A stretch of DNA of 64,000 bases, taken from NCBI GenBank assembly GCA_040274025.1, contig JBELZL010000007.1, forward strand, positions 21,117 through 85,116, written 5' to 3'. The position numbers and the translations under genes were made by a program. Below are positions 1-10,560 of this stretch, in pieces (position 1 is the first letter of the stretch; every line of letters starts with the position of its first letter). The notes below the pieces were generated by a model. The model was given only the letters and a program-made list of their open reading frames with translations, did no database searches and had not been told where the DNA came from. Source of the stretch: Arthrobacter sp. GTDB lineage: Bacteria > Actinomycetota > Actinomycetes > Actinomycetales > Micrococcaceae.

Positions 1-23
1 TTCAGTACGCAGATCGGCCAAGT

Positions 24-452
24 TCAGGCCTCCAGTACCGCGTCCATGGTGATGCTGATGCCGGCCAGGGCCTGCGAGACCGGACAGCCGGTCTTTGCGG
101 ACTCGGCGATATCGGTAAATTCCTCAGCGGTCAGGTCCGGCACTACGGCGTTGACGCGCAGATGGCTGCCGGTGATGCCGGTTCCCGGAACGAAGGTGAC
201 CTCGGCAGAGGTTTCAATGCGCTCTGCCGTCTTGCCCGCTTCCGCCAGGGCGTTGCTGAAGGCCATCGAGAAGCAGGCCGAATGTGCGGCGGCGATCAGC
301 TCTTCGGGACTGGTCCGGCCCTCGGCCTCCTCGGCGCGGGCCTTCCAAGTGACATCGAAGGTGCCGAGGTCGGACGAATCAAGGGTGACTTCACCCTTGC
401 CGTGGAACAGGTCCCCGTTCCAGACGGTGTGTGCTGAACGGACAGTAGCCAT
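24..452 (-). CDS. OsmC family peroxiredoxin / organic hydroperoxide reductase-like protein
   Basis: 142-aa ORF with an OsmC-type fold pattern. Both conserved Cys contexts are present (AAHSACFSM and KTGCPVSQA). Confidence 0.85.
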   Translation of the reverse strand: MATVRSAHTVWNGDLFHGKGEVTLDSSDLGTFDVTWKARAEEAEGRTSPEELIAAAHSACFSMAFSNALAEAGKTAERIETSAEVTFVPGTGITGSHLRVNAVVPDLTAEEFTDIAESAKTGCPVSQALAGISITMDAVLEA

Positions 453-576
453 GGAAGCTCTCCTTTTTCAGGGGTTGCGCCGGACCGGGCTGCCCGGACT
501 CCTGCCGCAATCCTTGCAGGCCCGGAGCCCTGCTGCCAGACCTGCAGCGTTCCCGGTGCCCCCTAATCGGACGGAC

Positions 577-613
577 AAAAAAGTTCCTCCCCTCCAGGGC
601 GGAGGGGAGGAAC
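577..613 (-). terminator. Rho-independent terminator for the 652-999 membrane-protein gene
   Basis: Perfect 13-bp stem: GTTCCTCCCCTCC (583-595), loop AGGGC, GGAGGGGAGGAAC (601-613). An A6 run at 577-582 precedes it, which is a U6 tail when read on the minus strand. It lies 38 nt downstream of the stop at 652. Confidence 0.7.
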
Positions 614-651
614 CGGACGGGTCTACCGCAGGCCGTGCGTAACGCCGGTAG

Positions 652-999
652 TTACCACATGGTGGCCAGGGCGACGTTGAGAACGGTCAGGATGCCCACG
701 CCGTTTGCCAGGACACCGGATACGGGCTGGTCCTTCTTGTACTTGCGCTGGCCGATGAAGGCCATCACTGCAATGACCAGGGCGATGGTGAGCTTGACGG
801 CAACCTTGATGTGGTTGACGTCGCCGTCGCCCATCTCATTGAGGCCCACCAGCAAGATGCCGGTCACCAGCTGCAGCAGTGCGGCGTGGAACTGGCCGGG
901 CATCACGGTGGGGTTCTTGATCTTGGCAACCCAGATACCGACGATCGTGCCGGCTCCGAGGATGTGAAGGAAGACGAGGAAGCTGTGAAGGAAGTCCAT
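652..999 (-). CDS. Small integral membrane protein of unknown function, 3-4 predicted TM helices
   Basis: 115-aa ORF with strongly hydrophobic helical segments (FLVFLHILGAGTIVGIWVA, AALLQLVTGILLVGL, LTIALVIAVMAFIG, GVGILTVLNVALATMW). It has its own terminator. No family was recognised with certainty. Confidence 0.6.
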   Translation of the reverse strand: MDFLHSFLVFLHILGAGTIVGIWVAKIKNPTVMPGQFHAALLQLVTGILLVGLNEMGDGDVNHIKVAVKLTIALVIAVMAFIGQRKYKKDQPVSGVLANGVGILTVLNVALATMW

Positions 1000-1093
1000 G
1001 GTTTCGATCTTACCGACAGAGTGTCAGGGTACGTAATTATTCCAATAACTATTCTACAACGGGTAGAAAACTGCAGGCCGCGGGTCGGTTAAT

Positions 1094-1132
1094 GCAGTAG
1101 GCGGGCGCCCCGAGGGGACGCCCGCCTACTGC
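1094..1132. terminator. GC-rich hairpin downstream of sucB, candidate terminator
   Basis: GCAGTAGGCGGGCG (1094-1107) pairs with CGCCCGCCTACTGC (1119-1132), with an additional CCC/GGG extension. A T-rich tail (TTGCTTTT) is present only on the plus side. On the minus strand, downstream of the sucB stop at 1146, there is no U tract. Confidence 0.45.
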
Positions 1133-1145
1133 TTGCTTTTAGCGC

Positions 1146-2915
1146 TTAGAGGCCCAGATCGGCTTCGAAGCTGCCTTCTTCCAACCGTGCCTTCAGGGTC
1201 TGCAGGAAGCGGCCTGCATCGGCGCCGTCCACCAGACGGTGGTCGTACGTCAGGGAAAGGTACATCATGGAGCGGATGGCAATGGTGTCATTGCCGTCCT
1301 CGTCCGTCCGCACCACTGGACGCTTCACGATCGCACCGGTGCCCAGGATGCCGACCTGGGGCTGGTTGATAATCGGCGTATCGAAGAGGGCTCCGACGCT
1401 GCCGATGTTCGTGATCGTGAACGTGCCGCCGGAGAGTTCGTCCGGACCGATCTTTCCGCTGCGGGTGCGTGCACCGACGTCGGCAATGCGCTTGGCCAGC
1501 CCGGCCAGGTTCAGGTCCCCGGCGTCGTTGATGACCGGAACCAGCAGGCCCTTTTCGGTATCAACGGCGATCGCCAGGTGCTCGGCGTCATGGTAGGTGA
1601 TCTCCTGCGATTCGCTGTCGTAGGACGCGTTGAGCTTCGGGTGCGCCTTCAGCGCCTCCACGACCGCCTTGGCGATGAACGGCAGGAACGTCAGGTTGGC
1701 ACCGTTCTGCTCCTTGAAGCCGGCCTTGGCCTTCTGGCGCATCGTGGCGATGCGCGTCATGTCGACTTCCTGGACCTGGGTCAGCTGTGCCGAGGTGTCC
1801 AGGGACTCCTTCATGCGGCGGGCGATGGTCTGGCGGATCCGCGGTGCCTTGACCGTGGTGCCGCGCAGCTTGGCGCTTTCCTCGCTGATCTTCGCCGGGG
1901 CGGCCTTGTCAGAGGACGACGGCGCCGCAGCGGGTGCCGGCTCCGCAGCCTTGGCGGCTTCGGCAGCGTCCAGTACATCCTGCTTGCGGATGCGGCCTGC
2001 TACGCCGGAGCCCTTCACGGTGGAGAGGTCCACGCCGTGCTCGTTGGCCAGCTTCCGGACCAGGGGAGTGACGTAGGGGCCGGAGCCGGAGTCATCCTTC
2101 TGGGCTTCCTGCTGCTTCGGAGCTTCCTGCTTCGGAGCCTCTTCCTTCGGGGCTTCCTGCTTGGGCGCTTCTTCCTTGGGGGCTTCCTGTTTCGGAGCCT
2201 CTTCCTTCGGCTCGGCTACCGGCTCTTCGCGCTCAGTCGAAGGAGCAGCAGCTACGGGCTCGGCTTCCTTCGGCTCGGCCTTGGCCGGAGCGGCGGAGCC
2301 GGATCCAATGACAGCCAGGACAGACCCGACCTCAGCGGTCTCGTCCTCGTTGACCTTGATCTCCAGCAGCTTGCCGGCCACGGGGGAGGGGATCTCGGTG
2401 TCAACCTTGTCGGTGGAGACCTCCAGCAGGGGCTCATCCACTGCGACGTCGTCGCCGACGGCCTTCAGCCAGCGGGTGACGGTGCCTTCGGTGACGCTTT
2501 CACCCAGCGCGGGCAGTGTCACCTCGGTGCTGTCACCGGAATCGGACGAACCGGAATCCTCTGCGGGAGCGGCCGGTGCTTCCTCCTTGGCCTCAGGCTC
2601 AGCTGCGGGGGCTTCTTCAGCTTCCGGAGCTTCTTCCTGAGCCGGAGCGGAACCGGAGTCATCGGAGGAGGAGCCGGAGCCGTCGCCGATGCGCACCAGC
2701 GCTTCGCCGACCTCAGCGGTTTCGTCCTCGGCCACGAGGATTTCTTCGATGACGCCTGCTACCGGAGACGGGATTTCGGTGTCGACCTTGTCGGTGGACA
2801 CCTCCAGCAGGGGCTCGTCGACGGCGACGGTATCGCCTACCTGCTTCAGCCAGCGGGTTACGGTGCCTTCGGTGACGCTTTCACCAAGGGCGGGTAAGTT
2901 CACGGTTTCAGACAT
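1146..2915 (-). CDS. sucB: Dihydrolipoamide acyltransferase, E2 component of the 2-oxoacid dehydrogenase complex, with two lipoyl domains
   Basis: 589 aa. It has two near-identical N-terminal lipoyl domains ([18 protein letters not shown]...[14 protein letters not shown] twice) and Ala/Pro/Glu/Lys linkers. It also has a peripheral-subunit-binding domain ([24 protein letters not shown]) and the catalytic motif [17 protein letters not shown]. Confidence 0.92.
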   Translation of the reverse strand: MSETVNLPALGESVTEGTVTRWLKQVGDTVAVDEPLLEVSTDKVDTEIPSPVAGVIEEILVAEDETAEVGEALVRIGDGSGSSSDDSGSAPAQEEAPEAEEAPAAEPEAKEEAPAAPAEDSGSSDSGDSTEVTLPALGESVTEGTVTRWLKAVGDDVAVDEPLLEVSTDKVDTEIPSPVAGKLLEIKVNEDETAEVGSVLAVIGSGSAAPAKAEPKEAEPVAAAPSTEREEPVAEPKEEAPKQEAPKEEAPKQEAPKEEAPKQEAPKQQEAQKDDSGSGPYVTPLVRKLANEHGVDLSTVKGSGVAGRIRKQDVLDAAEAAKAAEPAPAAAPSSSDKAAPAKISEESAKLRGTTVKAPRIRQTIARRMKESLDTSAQLTQVQEVDMTRIATMRQKAKAGFKEQNGANLTFLPFIAKAVVEALKAHPKLNASYDSESQEITYHDAEHLAIAVDTEKGLLVPVINDAGDLNLAGLAKRIADVGARTRSGKIGPDELSGGTFTITNIGSVGALFDTPIINQPQVGILGTGAIVKRPVVRTDEDGNDTIAIRSMMYLSLTYDHRLVDGADAGRFLQTLKARLEEGSFEADLGL

Positions 2916-3033
2916 ATTGTCCCCGTTTCTCCTTGTTAGTTCTTTGACCAGCCGTGCCGCTGGTGCTGGTTGGTTTGAAGCCTAGTGCACCCAGCGCCGA
3001 TGGCACCGGATGCACCGGGAAATCTCTTCGCTC

Positions 3034-4416
3034 TTAGCCGTGCAGCGGCTTGCCTGCGAGGGCCATTGCGGCTTCGCCGAGGGCTTCGTTCTGGGTGGGG
3101 TGCGCGTGCAGCAGGCCGGCCAGGTCTTCGGGGTAGGCCTCCCAGTTCACGATCAGCTGTGCTTCACCGATCTGCTCGCCGATGCGGCCGCCGATCATGT
3201 GGACGCCGATGATGGGGCCGTCCTTCTCGCGCACCATCTTGATCAGGCCGGAGCTGCCCAGGATGGAGGTCTTGCCGTTGCCGGCCAGGTTGTATTCCTG
3301 GACCTGGACGTTCTCGGCCCCCAGCTTTTCCTTGGCCTTAGCCTCGGTCAGGCCAACGGAAGCGATTTCAGGTTCGCAGTAGGTGACCTTCGGGATGTTG
3401 ACGTCTTCGACCACTACCGGCTTCAGGCCGGCAATTTCCTCGGCGACGAAGATGCCCTGCTGGAAGCCGCGGTGGGCCAGCTGCAGGCCGGGAACAATGT
3501 CGCCGACGGCGTAAACGTTGCCGACGCCGGTGTGCAGGCGCTCATTGGTGATGACGAAGCCGCGGTCCATGGTCAGGCCCGCTTCCTCGTAGCCGAGGTT
3601 CGCCGTGACCGGTCCGCGGCCGACTGCTACGAGCAGCAGTTCAGCTTCGAAGGTCTTGCCGTCAGCGAGGGTGACAACAACGCCGTCGTCATTCTGTTCC
3701 ACCTTCTCGAAGAAGATGCCGGTGCTGAACTTGATGCCGCGCTTCTTGTAGGCGCGCTCCAGGTTCTTGATGATGGAAGCGTCTTCGTTGGGAACCAGCG
3801 AGGGCAGGCCCTCCACGATCGTGACGTCCACGCCAAAGGAGTTCCACACGGATGCGAACTCGACGCCGATCACGCCGCCGCCGAGGATCACGGCGCTCTT
3901 GGGAACGTAGTCCAGGGTCAGCGCCTGGTCGGAGGTGATGACGCGTCCGCCGATTTCCAGGCCCGGGAGTGACCGGGAGTAGGAGCCGGTAGCCAGGATG
4001 ATGTTGGAGCCGGTGTAGGTCCGGCCGTTGACCTCGATGGTCTTTTCGCTGGTCAGGCGGCCTTCGCCCTCGATCACGGTGATGCCCTTGGACTTGATCA
4101 GGCCCTGCAGGCCGCGGAACTTGCCCGCAATGATGTTGTCCTTGTAGGAGTTGACCGCGTTCATGTCCACGGAATCGAAGGTGGCCTTGATGCCGTACTT
4201 CTCCGCAGTCTTGGCGTTTTCAGCGATTTCGGCTGAGTGCAGCAGAGCCTTGGTGGGGATGCAGCCGTTGTGCAGGCAGGTGCCGCCCAGCTTCCCCTTC
4301 TCGATCAGCCCAACGGAAAAGCCCAGCTCCACGGAGCGGAGTGCTGCGGCGTACCCGCCGCTGCCTCCACCGAGGATCAGGATGTCGAACTCTTGCGCAG
4401 TTGCCTCTTCGGCCAC
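3034..4416 (-). CDS. lpdA: Dihydrolipoyl dehydrogenase (E3)
   Basis: FAD-binding GGGSGGY motif, redox-active disulfide GGTCLHNGCIPTK, NAD-binding GGGVIGVEF, and a C-terminal dimerisation/HP motif (HAHPTQNE). The start was set at the GTG at 4416, which is preceded by GAGGGAG. The longer ORF to 4449 lacks an RBS. Confidence 0.9.
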   Translation of the reverse strand: MAEEATAQEFDILILGGGSGGYAAALRSVELGFSVGLIEKGKLGGTCLHNGCIPTKALLHSAEIAENAKTAEKYGIKATFDSVDMNAVNSYKDNIIAGKFRGLQGLIKSKGITVIEGEGRLTSEKTIEVNGRTYTGSNIILATGSYSRSLPGLEIGGRVITSDQALTLDYVPKSAVILGGGVIGVEFASVWNSFGVDVTIVEGLPSLVPNEDASIIKNLERAYKKRGIKFSTGIFFEKVEQNDDGVVVTLADGKTFEAELLLVAVGRGPVTANLGYEEAGLTMDRGFVITNERLHTGVGNVYAVGDIVPGLQLAHRGFQQGIFVAEEIAGLKPVVVEDVNIPKVTYCEPEIASVGLTEAKAKEKLGAENVQVQEYNLAGNGKTSILGSSGLIKMVREKDGPIIGVHMIGGRIGEQIGEAQLIVNWEAYPEDLAGLLHAHPTQNEALGEAAMALAGKPLHG

Positions 4417-4610
4417 GTGGACGCTCCCTCGCGTAATCTGTTGACGCACTGATGGCGCGTCGGTTAGTGATTTGGGCGGTTGTGAATAGGTTTCACACTA
4501 TCGCCCAGTTTCCCCGGCATCCACTCGGTTAAGTGAGCCGGAAGGCGAATGTAACCAGAAACACGCGCAACAAATGCCCCTCTAAGTTGCACGCAGAACA
4601 CTCATGGGTG

Positions 4611-6137
4611 TTATACCGCCCGGGCGAGGACGTCCTCGGCGTAGGAGACCAGGGTCCGCACTGCGACGCCCGTTCCTTCCTTGGGCGTGTAGCCGTACGG
4701 GGCGCCTTCGTTGAATGCGGGCCCGGCGATGTCCAGGTGGGCCCACGGGATCTTCACGCCGTCGACCTCTCCAACGAACTCGCGCAGGAACACCGCTGCG
4801 GTCATCATGCCGCCGAAGCGCTCACCGATGTTGGCCAGGTCCGCGGTGGGCGAATCCAGGCTGGCACGCAGTTCTTCGGGCAGCGGCATGGGCCAGAACA
4901 GTTCTCCGGCGCGGTCTGCGGCTGCCTTAACGGCGTCGCGGACCCCGTCTTCGCCCATGACGGCGGAAACACGGTTGCCCAGTGCGACCATCTGGGCGCC
5001 GGTGAGGGTGGCGACGTCGATGATCACGTCTGGTTCCTCTTCGCTGGCGATCGCCAGGCCGTCAGCCATCACCAGGCGGCCTTCGGCGTCGGTGTTCAGC
5101 ACCTCCACCGTGCGGCCGCCGTAGGTGGTCAGCACGTCTGAAGGCCGCTGGGCGGATCCCGAGGGCATGTTTTCCGCCAGGCACAGCCACGCGGTCACCT
5201 TTACGGGCAGCCCCAGCTCGGCAACGGCAAGGAGGGCGTTGAGGACGACGGCGGCGCCGCCCATGTCCGATTTCATGGCCTGCATGCCTGCAGCCGGCTT
5301 CAGGGACAGTCCGCCGGAGTCGAAGGTGATGCCCTTGCCCACCAGGGCCAGCTTGGCCTTGGCACGGGCGGGGGAGTACTCCACCTTCACCAGGCGGGGC
5401 GGACGGGCCGAGCCCTTGCCCACGCCGAGGATGCCGCCGAACCCTTCGCGTTCAAGCTTCTTTTCGTCCCAGACCGTGACCTTGACCGGCAGCGGCCGGG
5501 CGGCTTCGCGCGCTGCTGCCGCGAAGGTTTCCGGGTAGAGGTGGCTCGGCGGCTGGTTGACCAGGGTGCGCGTGGCATTGACGGCGCGCGCAACGATCCG
5601 GGCCCGGTCCAGGGCAGGCACCAGATCTGCCTCGCCGGCGGTGGAGGTCACCACGGTGATCGAGGAAACCGGGGCGGGAACCTTGGCGGAATGGGCGCTG
5701 CGGTGCTCAGTGAAGCTGTACGCACCCAGCAGGGCGCCTTCAGCTACGGCGGCTGCGTCTTCCACGGTTGCCGCGGGGAGGGCCAGTGCCACGGTGGTCG
5801 TGCCGGCCAGCTGCCGGACTGCGGAACCGGCGGCCCGGCGCAGCGCCTCGGCGCTTAGCGGTTCGCCGGCGGCCACCGGACCGAGACCGGCAAGGACCAG
5901 CATCTCAGCGTCCAGTTCGGGCAGGCCGGGGAGGCGGACAACCTGGTCAGCGGCTCCGGTGACGCCCAGCAGTGCAAATGAACCGGTGACGGCGGAAGAG
6001 GACTTCTGCGAGAGCGGGCTGTCCATCAGGACGGGACCGTCCGGGCTCTGCCCGACGCCGACGACCAGGGCCTGTGCCTGGACCTTGCGTGCGTCCCGGG
6101 AAATTACCTGCAGGTCTGGCTCACTGGCTTTGCTCAC
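4611..6137 (-). CDS. pepA: Leucyl aminopeptidase (M17 family)
   Basis: 508 aa with the M17 signature NTDAEGRLVMADGL and metal-ligand contexts (VGKGITFDSGGLSLKP, MKSDMGGAA). Confidence 0.9.
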   Translation of the reverse strand: MSKASEPDLQVISRDARKVQAQALVVGVGQSPDGPVLMDSPLSQKSSSAVTGSFALLGVTGAADQVVRLPGLPELDAEMLVLAGLGPVAAGEPLSAEALRRAAGSAVRQLAGTTTVALALPAATVEDAAAVAEGALLGAYSFTEHRSAHSAKVPAPVSSITVVTSTAGEADLVPALDRARIVARAVNATRTLVNQPPSHLYPETFAAAAREAARPLPVKVTVWDEKKLEREGFGGILGVGKGSARPPRLVKVEYSPARAKAKLALVGKGITFDSGGLSLKPAAGMQAMKSDMGGAAVVLNALLAVAELGLPVKVTAWLCLAENMPSGSAQRPSDVLTTYGGRTVEVLNTDAEGRLVMADGLAIASEEEPDVIIDVATLTGAQMVALGNRVSAVMGEDGVRDAVKAAADRAGELFWPMPLPEELRASLDSPTADLANIGERFGGMMTAAVFLREFVGEVDGVKIPWAHLDIAGPAFNEGAPYGYTPKEGTGVAVRTLVSYAEDVLARAV

Positions 6138-6348
6138 GAAGCTTCATCCTCACGTTTTGTGCGTTTCTAGTGCTTTGCTCTTTCGATCGTAGTCTCTCCG
6201 TGGCCGGGGCGGCCGCCGGTCATGGTGGCCTTGCGGAATGAATCGGGCTGTGTACGGCGTTTACCCTTGAGTAAGGGATTGACAAGTATGCGCTTGGTTT
6301 CTTAAGCGCCCCCGCAACTCAACGGGACTAGTGGCAGGAAGGTACAAC

Positions 6349-7419
6349 ATGCTTGATCCGCTGACCCTGTTCAACCTGGATCCGGAACTGGCCGCCTCCG
6401 CCGAAGTGCGCGGACTGCGCCTGCTGGCCGGATTCACGGGTTTCGGCGAGGCAGGCCATGTGGTGTCCCAGGTACGCGACGAACTTTTCGAGAACCTGGA
6501 ACACGACCTCGTGGCCACCTTCGATGCAGACCAGCTCATTGACTACCGTGCCCGCCGTCCGCAGCTGACGTTCGTGGAAGACCACTTCACCGGCTACGAG
6601 GCGCCGCGGATTGAACTTCACCGGTTTTATGACGGACTGGGCGAGCCCTTCCTGTTCCTGACCGGCTTCGAACCCGATTTCCAGTGGGAACGGTTCACCG
6701 CCGCCGTGCTGCAGCTGGTGCAGATGCTCGATGTCTCGCTGGTTGCCTGGGTCCATTCCGTGCCTATGCCGGTGCCGCACACGCGGCCCATTGGAGTGAC
6801 TGCGCACGGCAACCGTCCGGACCTGATCGAGGGAATCAGCTCCTGGAAACCGACGGCGCAGATCCAGGCTGCCGTGGGGCATCTGCTGGAGGTGCGCCTC
6901 GCGGAGGCCGGAGTCGACGTCGTAGGCCACGTGGTGCACGTTCCCCACTACCTTGCTGACGCCGAATTCCCGCCCGCCGCCGTGGCGGCCCTGGAATACC
7001 TCGGTGCAGCAGCTAATCTGGTGCTGCCGACCGACCGGCTGCGTGAAGCCGGCCGCGAAGTTGAAAAGCAGATTGCGCAGCAGGTGGACGCGTCCGCTGA
7101 AGTGCGCGGTGTCGTGGCCACCCTGGAAAGCCGGTATGACGAGTACACCGGCAGCACAGTCCGGCGTTCCCTGCTGGTAAAGAACAATGACGAGCTGCCT
7201 GACGCCGAAGAGCTGGGTGCCGCCGTCGAAGCCTACCTGGCCAGCCCGCAGGCCGAAGAAGAGACCGAGGCCCTGCTGGTTGGGCAGGGTGAGCAGGATG
7301 CCGCTGGAGACGGTGGGGATCCTGCCGAAGATAAGGATGAGGACAGCGTTGAACCGAACGGCCCCAACCGCCTTCCCGGCAGGGATGACCGTCCGGGAGC
7401 GCCCGGGGGCAGCGACTAG
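6349..7419 (+). CDS. PAC2 (proteasome assembly chaperone 2-like) family protein with an acidic C-terminal tail
   Basis: The N-terminus MLDPLTLFNLDPE...LLAGFTGFGEAGHV is typical of actinobacterial PAC2-family proteins. The ATG at 6349 is preceded by GGAAGG; the ORF also opens at the GTG at 6331. Confidence 0.75.
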   Translation: MLDPLTLFNLDPELAASAEVRGLRLLAGFTGFGEAGHVVSQVRDELFENLEHDLVATFDADQLIDYRARRPQLTFVEDHFTGYEAPRIELHRFYDGLGEPFLFLTGFEPDFQWERFTAAVLQLVQMLDVSLVAWVHSVPMPVPHTRPIGVTAHGNRPDLIEGISSWKPTAQIQAAVGHLLEVRLAEAGVDVVGHVVHVPHYLADAEFPPAAVAALEYLGAAANLVLPTDRLREAGREVEKQIAQQVDASAEVRGVVATLESRYDEYTGSTVRRSLLVKNNDELPDAEELGAAVEAYLASPQAEEETEALLVGQGEQDAAGDGGDPAEDKDEDSVEPNGPNRLPGRDDRPGAPGGSD

Positions 7420-7461
7420 GCCTGTTTTCGCGCCCGGCTGCGTCCGGGCAGGCGGTGCCGC

Positions 7462-8907
7462 ATGAAACACAGGGGCGCGTGGCTCGTCTGGGGTGCCGGT
7501 GTCTTCGCCTATCTGGTCGCCGTCACGCAGCGGACCGCTTTTGGCGTTGCGGGAGTGGAGGCCACGGAACGGTTCTCGGCGACCGCCTCCGTTCTTTCGG
7601 TGTTCACCGTGGTCCAGCTGCTGGTTTACGCCGGCCTGCAGATCCCGGTTGGAATGCTCGTGGACCGTTTTGGTCCGCGGCTGCTGATTACTGCCGGTGC
7701 AGTCCTGATGTTCGCCGGACAGTTTCAGCTGGCGATGGCGGACAGCGTCGGCGCCGGCATTGTTGGCCGGTCCCTGGTGGGTGCCGGTGACGCGCTGACG
7801 TTCATCTCCGTCCTGCGCCTGCTGCCGGCGTGGTTTCCGCCGCACCGGATTCCCGTCCTGACCCAGTGGACCGGGATCATCGGACAGCTGGGCCAGATCG
7901 CCAGCGCCATCCCGTTCGCATTTGTCCTGCACGAACTGGGCTGGAACACCGCGTTCCTTGGCGCCGCCTCGCTTTCGGTTCTTGCCTTCGTGCTGGCGCT
8001 GAGCCTGATCCGCAACCAGCCCGGCGGTGCCGCACGCACTCCCCGTGCAGCGCACGACGGCGGCTCCCTGTCCGCCGCGTGGCGGCAGCCCGGTACCCGG
8101 CTGGGCCTCTGGACACACTTCACTATCCAGTTCCCCGGCACCGTGTTTGTGCTGATGTGGGGTTACCCATACCTGGTCAGCGGCGAGCAGGTTTCCCCTG
8201 CTGCCGCGTCCTTCCTGATGACGTTCTTCGTAGCGGTTGCCATCCTGTGCGGGCCGTGGCTTGGCTCATGGGTGGGCAGGCATCCGCTGCGCCGCTCCAC
8301 CATGGTCCTGCTGATCGCCGGCGCCATGGCCGGCGCCTGGCTGATCGTGATCCTCTGGCCCGGCCCGGCTCCGCTGTGGGTGCTGCTTGGCCTGGTTGCA
8401 GTGCTGGCCGTGGGCGGGCCGGGATCCATGATCGGCTTCGACTTCGCCAGGACGTACAACCCCAGCACCCGCCTCGGCACGGCCACCGGAATCGTGAACA
8501 TTGGCGGGTTTGTTGCGTCGTTGGTTTCGATGTATCTCGTGGGCCTTGTGCTGGACATCCTGCTGGGCACCGGGTTCTCCGGCGGCAACCTCTATGACCT
8601 GGCAGCCTTCCGCATTGCCCTGGCCGTCCAGTTCCTGGTGATGGGAATCGGAGTGCTGGGCATTCTGCGTAACCGGAGGAAGCTGCGCGCCGCAATGGCC
8701 GCTGACGGACTGCGCCTGCCGCCGCTGCGGGAAGCGCTGGCCCGTGACCGCCGACGCCGCCGGGACGAGGGCCGCGGTGTACAGCGCCGCAATGGCGCGG
8801 GGAACGCCACTGCCGGCGACTCTGGTTCCGGCAGTGCTTCGTCCGGGGACGCAGGAGCTGAACCGGAGACCGGGGCCAGCCGGGGCCCGGCGGAATCCGG
8901 CAGCTGA
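7462..8907 (+). CDS. MFS transporter
   Basis: 481 aa with about 12 hydrophobic helices and an MFS loop 2-3 motif (GMLVDRFGPRLL). The C-terminal tail is Arg-rich and then Gly/Ser-rich. Confidence 0.8.
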   Translation: MKHRGAWLVWGAGVFAYLVAVTQRTAFGVAGVEATERFSATASVLSVFTVVQLLVYAGLQIPVGMLVDRFGPRLLITAGAVLMFAGQFQLAMADSVGAGIVGRSLVGAGDALTFISVLRLLPAWFPPHRIPVLTQWTGIIGQLGQIASAIPFAFVLHELGWNTAFLGAASLSVLAFVLALSLIRNQPGGAARTPRAAHDGGSLSAAWRQPGTRLGLWTHFTIQFPGTVFVLMWGYPYLVSGEQVSPAAASFLMTFFVAVAILCGPWLGSWVGRHPLRRSTMVLLIAGAMAGAWLIVILWPGPAPLWVLLGLVAVLAVGGPGSMIGFDFARTYNPSTRLGTATGIVNIGGFVASLVSMYLVGLVLDILLGTGFSGGNLYDLAAFRIALAVQFLVMGIGVLGILRNRRKLRAAMAADGLRLPPLREALARDRRRRRDEGRGVQRRNGAGNATAGDSGSGSASSGDAGAEPETGASRGPAESGS

Positions 8908-9144
8908 GGAGACCCTCCCCGTTCCGCACTGGGCGGCCGGAAGCTTGCGGGATGAGGTTGCCGCAGCCCGTCCTGTGTTGCACTAACGTCCTTACCCCGC
9001 TGCCGGAGGGAACGTTACCGCGGCACAGGGTTTACCAGCCCTCTCTCCCTCCACAACGGCCCGGGCTGTACTTCCATTCGCCCGTTGTCCGCAGGCGAAC
9101 GCGTCCCCAGCACGGTGCCGGGTCTGGACGGGCAGTCTGGCGGC

Positions 9145-10560
9145 ATGAGCGAACCCCAGAAAGCGGGACATCCGGCCGACGGCCGCCCCGCGCCCCGCCG
9201 ACCGTTTCCTACCGGCAGCACAACTGATGGAGCCGACGTGCTGCGCGTTGGTACCCCGCAGGACATCCTGGCGTTTGTGCCGCACTGCTTGGGCTTCCAG
9301 CCCCGGGAGTCCCTGGTGCTGCTGGCGCTGCGCGGGTCCAGGCTTGGGGCCACGCTCCGGCTGGATCTTCCTGGGTCGTCCTGTTCCGGAAGCGTTCCGG
9401 AGCAGGACCGTTTGGAACTGCTCGCGGACTACACCACAAGGATCACCGCCCTGCTCTCCGGCGACGAGGCAGCCGACGGCGTGCTCGCCGTGGTGTACAC
9501 GGATCTGCCCTGGACTGAAGGCGGTCCTCCGCCCTACAGCGCCCTGATGGAGATCCTCGGCGATGATCTGGAAGACAGCGGACTCAGGCTCCGGGACGCC
9601 TGGCTGTCAGGAAACGGAGTGTGGCGGGATTATTTCTGCGGGGACGCCGCGTGCTGTCCGTGGCCCGGATACCCGGTGGGCGAGATCGCGGGCAGCAGGC
9701 TCAGCGCGGAGCTGGTTTACCGGGGGAGTGCCTATGCGCCCTCGCTGGCTGAATCTCTGCGGGCTGCGGGCAGGTTCCGGACTGATGCCCTGGACGAACG
9801 GGTGGAGGAAGTCCGGCGCAGCATGGAAGGCAGGTGGGGCACTCCGGAAGCTTTCGCGGACGTGCTCGCCGCGTGGGAACACCGGATCCGTTCCATCATC
9901 CTTCCAGGACAGGCGTCGGAGGAGAGCGGTACAACCCGGCCGGCCCGTCCGCCGGTGGGGGAAAGTGTTGCCGGGGACACGCCGGCAGGAACCCGGGAGG
10001 ATGCACTGCTGCTGGCCAGTCTTGAATTCAAGCCCGTACGGGACACCATCCTGGTTCTGGCTGCGGCCGGGATGGCGGCTGCAGCGGAAGGGGTGCGGCA
10101 GTGGCTTCAGCCGGGACCTGTGTTCCCACCTGCACCCGGTGACCCTGCTGCATCCGGTGGTCCTGCTGCACCCAATGAGCCGGCGGCATCCATCGTCTCT
10201 GACCGTACGGCGTCCGCTGGGACAGGGCCGGCGGACGCTGGACAGCTGTTTCGGGCAATCCTTATAGGTCGCAGCCGCACAGCACCGGACTGGGACCGGC
10301 TGGACCGCACCTATGAGGCATTCACCTCACTGGTGCAGCGGGCAGCCGGGGAGCCGGCGGCAGCGCTGCTGACCCTGTTGGGCTGGATTGAGTGGGCACG
10401 CGGCCGCAGCTCCAGGGCAGAGATCTTCCTCTCCGGGGCGCTGCGTGAAGCTCCGGGCTACCGCCTGGCCGCCCTGCTGAGGGAACTGCTGCGGAGGGGT
10501 GAACTGCCGCAGTGGGCGCAGTCGCCCTCAACTGCCTGGCGGGGTGAAGGTCCGCTGTGA
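9145..10560 (+). CDS. DUF4192-like conserved actinobacterial protein
   Basis: The N-terminal motif LRVGTPQDILAFVPHCLGFQPRESLVLLAL is characteristic of the family I recall as DUF4192. The start is uncertain (ATG 9145 versus ATG 9085). Confidence 0.65.
   Translation: MSEPQKAGHPADGRPAPRRPFPTGSTTDGADVLRVGTPQDILAFVPHCLGFQPRESLVLLALRGSRLGATLRLDLPGSSCSGSVPEQDRLELLADYTTRITALLSGDEAADGVLAVVYTDLPWTEGGPPPYSALMEILGDDLEDSGLRLRDAWLSGNGVWRDYFCGDAACCPWPGYPVGEIAGSRLSAELVYRGSAYAPSLAESLRAAGRFRTDALDERVEEVRRSMEGRWGTPEAFADVLAAWEHRIRSIILPGQASEESGTTRPARPPVGESVAGDTPAGTREDALLLASLEFKPVRDTILVLAAAGMAAAAEGVRQWLQPGPVFPPAPGDPAASGGPAAPNEPAASIVSDRTASAGTGPADAGQLFRAILIGRSRTAPDWDRLDRTYEAFTSLVQRAAGEPAAALLTLLGWIEWARGRSSRAEIFLSGALREAPGYRLAALLRELLRRGELPQWAQSPSTAWRGEGPL

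Noticed and set aside
1239-2897. A 552-aa plus-strand ORF antisense to sucB. Similar long antisense or out-of-frame ORFs occur at 6328-8118, 10787-12061, 12938-14131, 16534-18081, 21171-22547, 27034-29766, 43097-44197, 44204-45376 and 46206-48536.
   Set aside because: They are typical shadow ORFs of a high-GC genome. Their translations are Arg/Gly/Pro/Ala-rich and low in complexity, with no recognisable motifs. Each lies fully inside a confidently identified gene on the other strand or in another frame.
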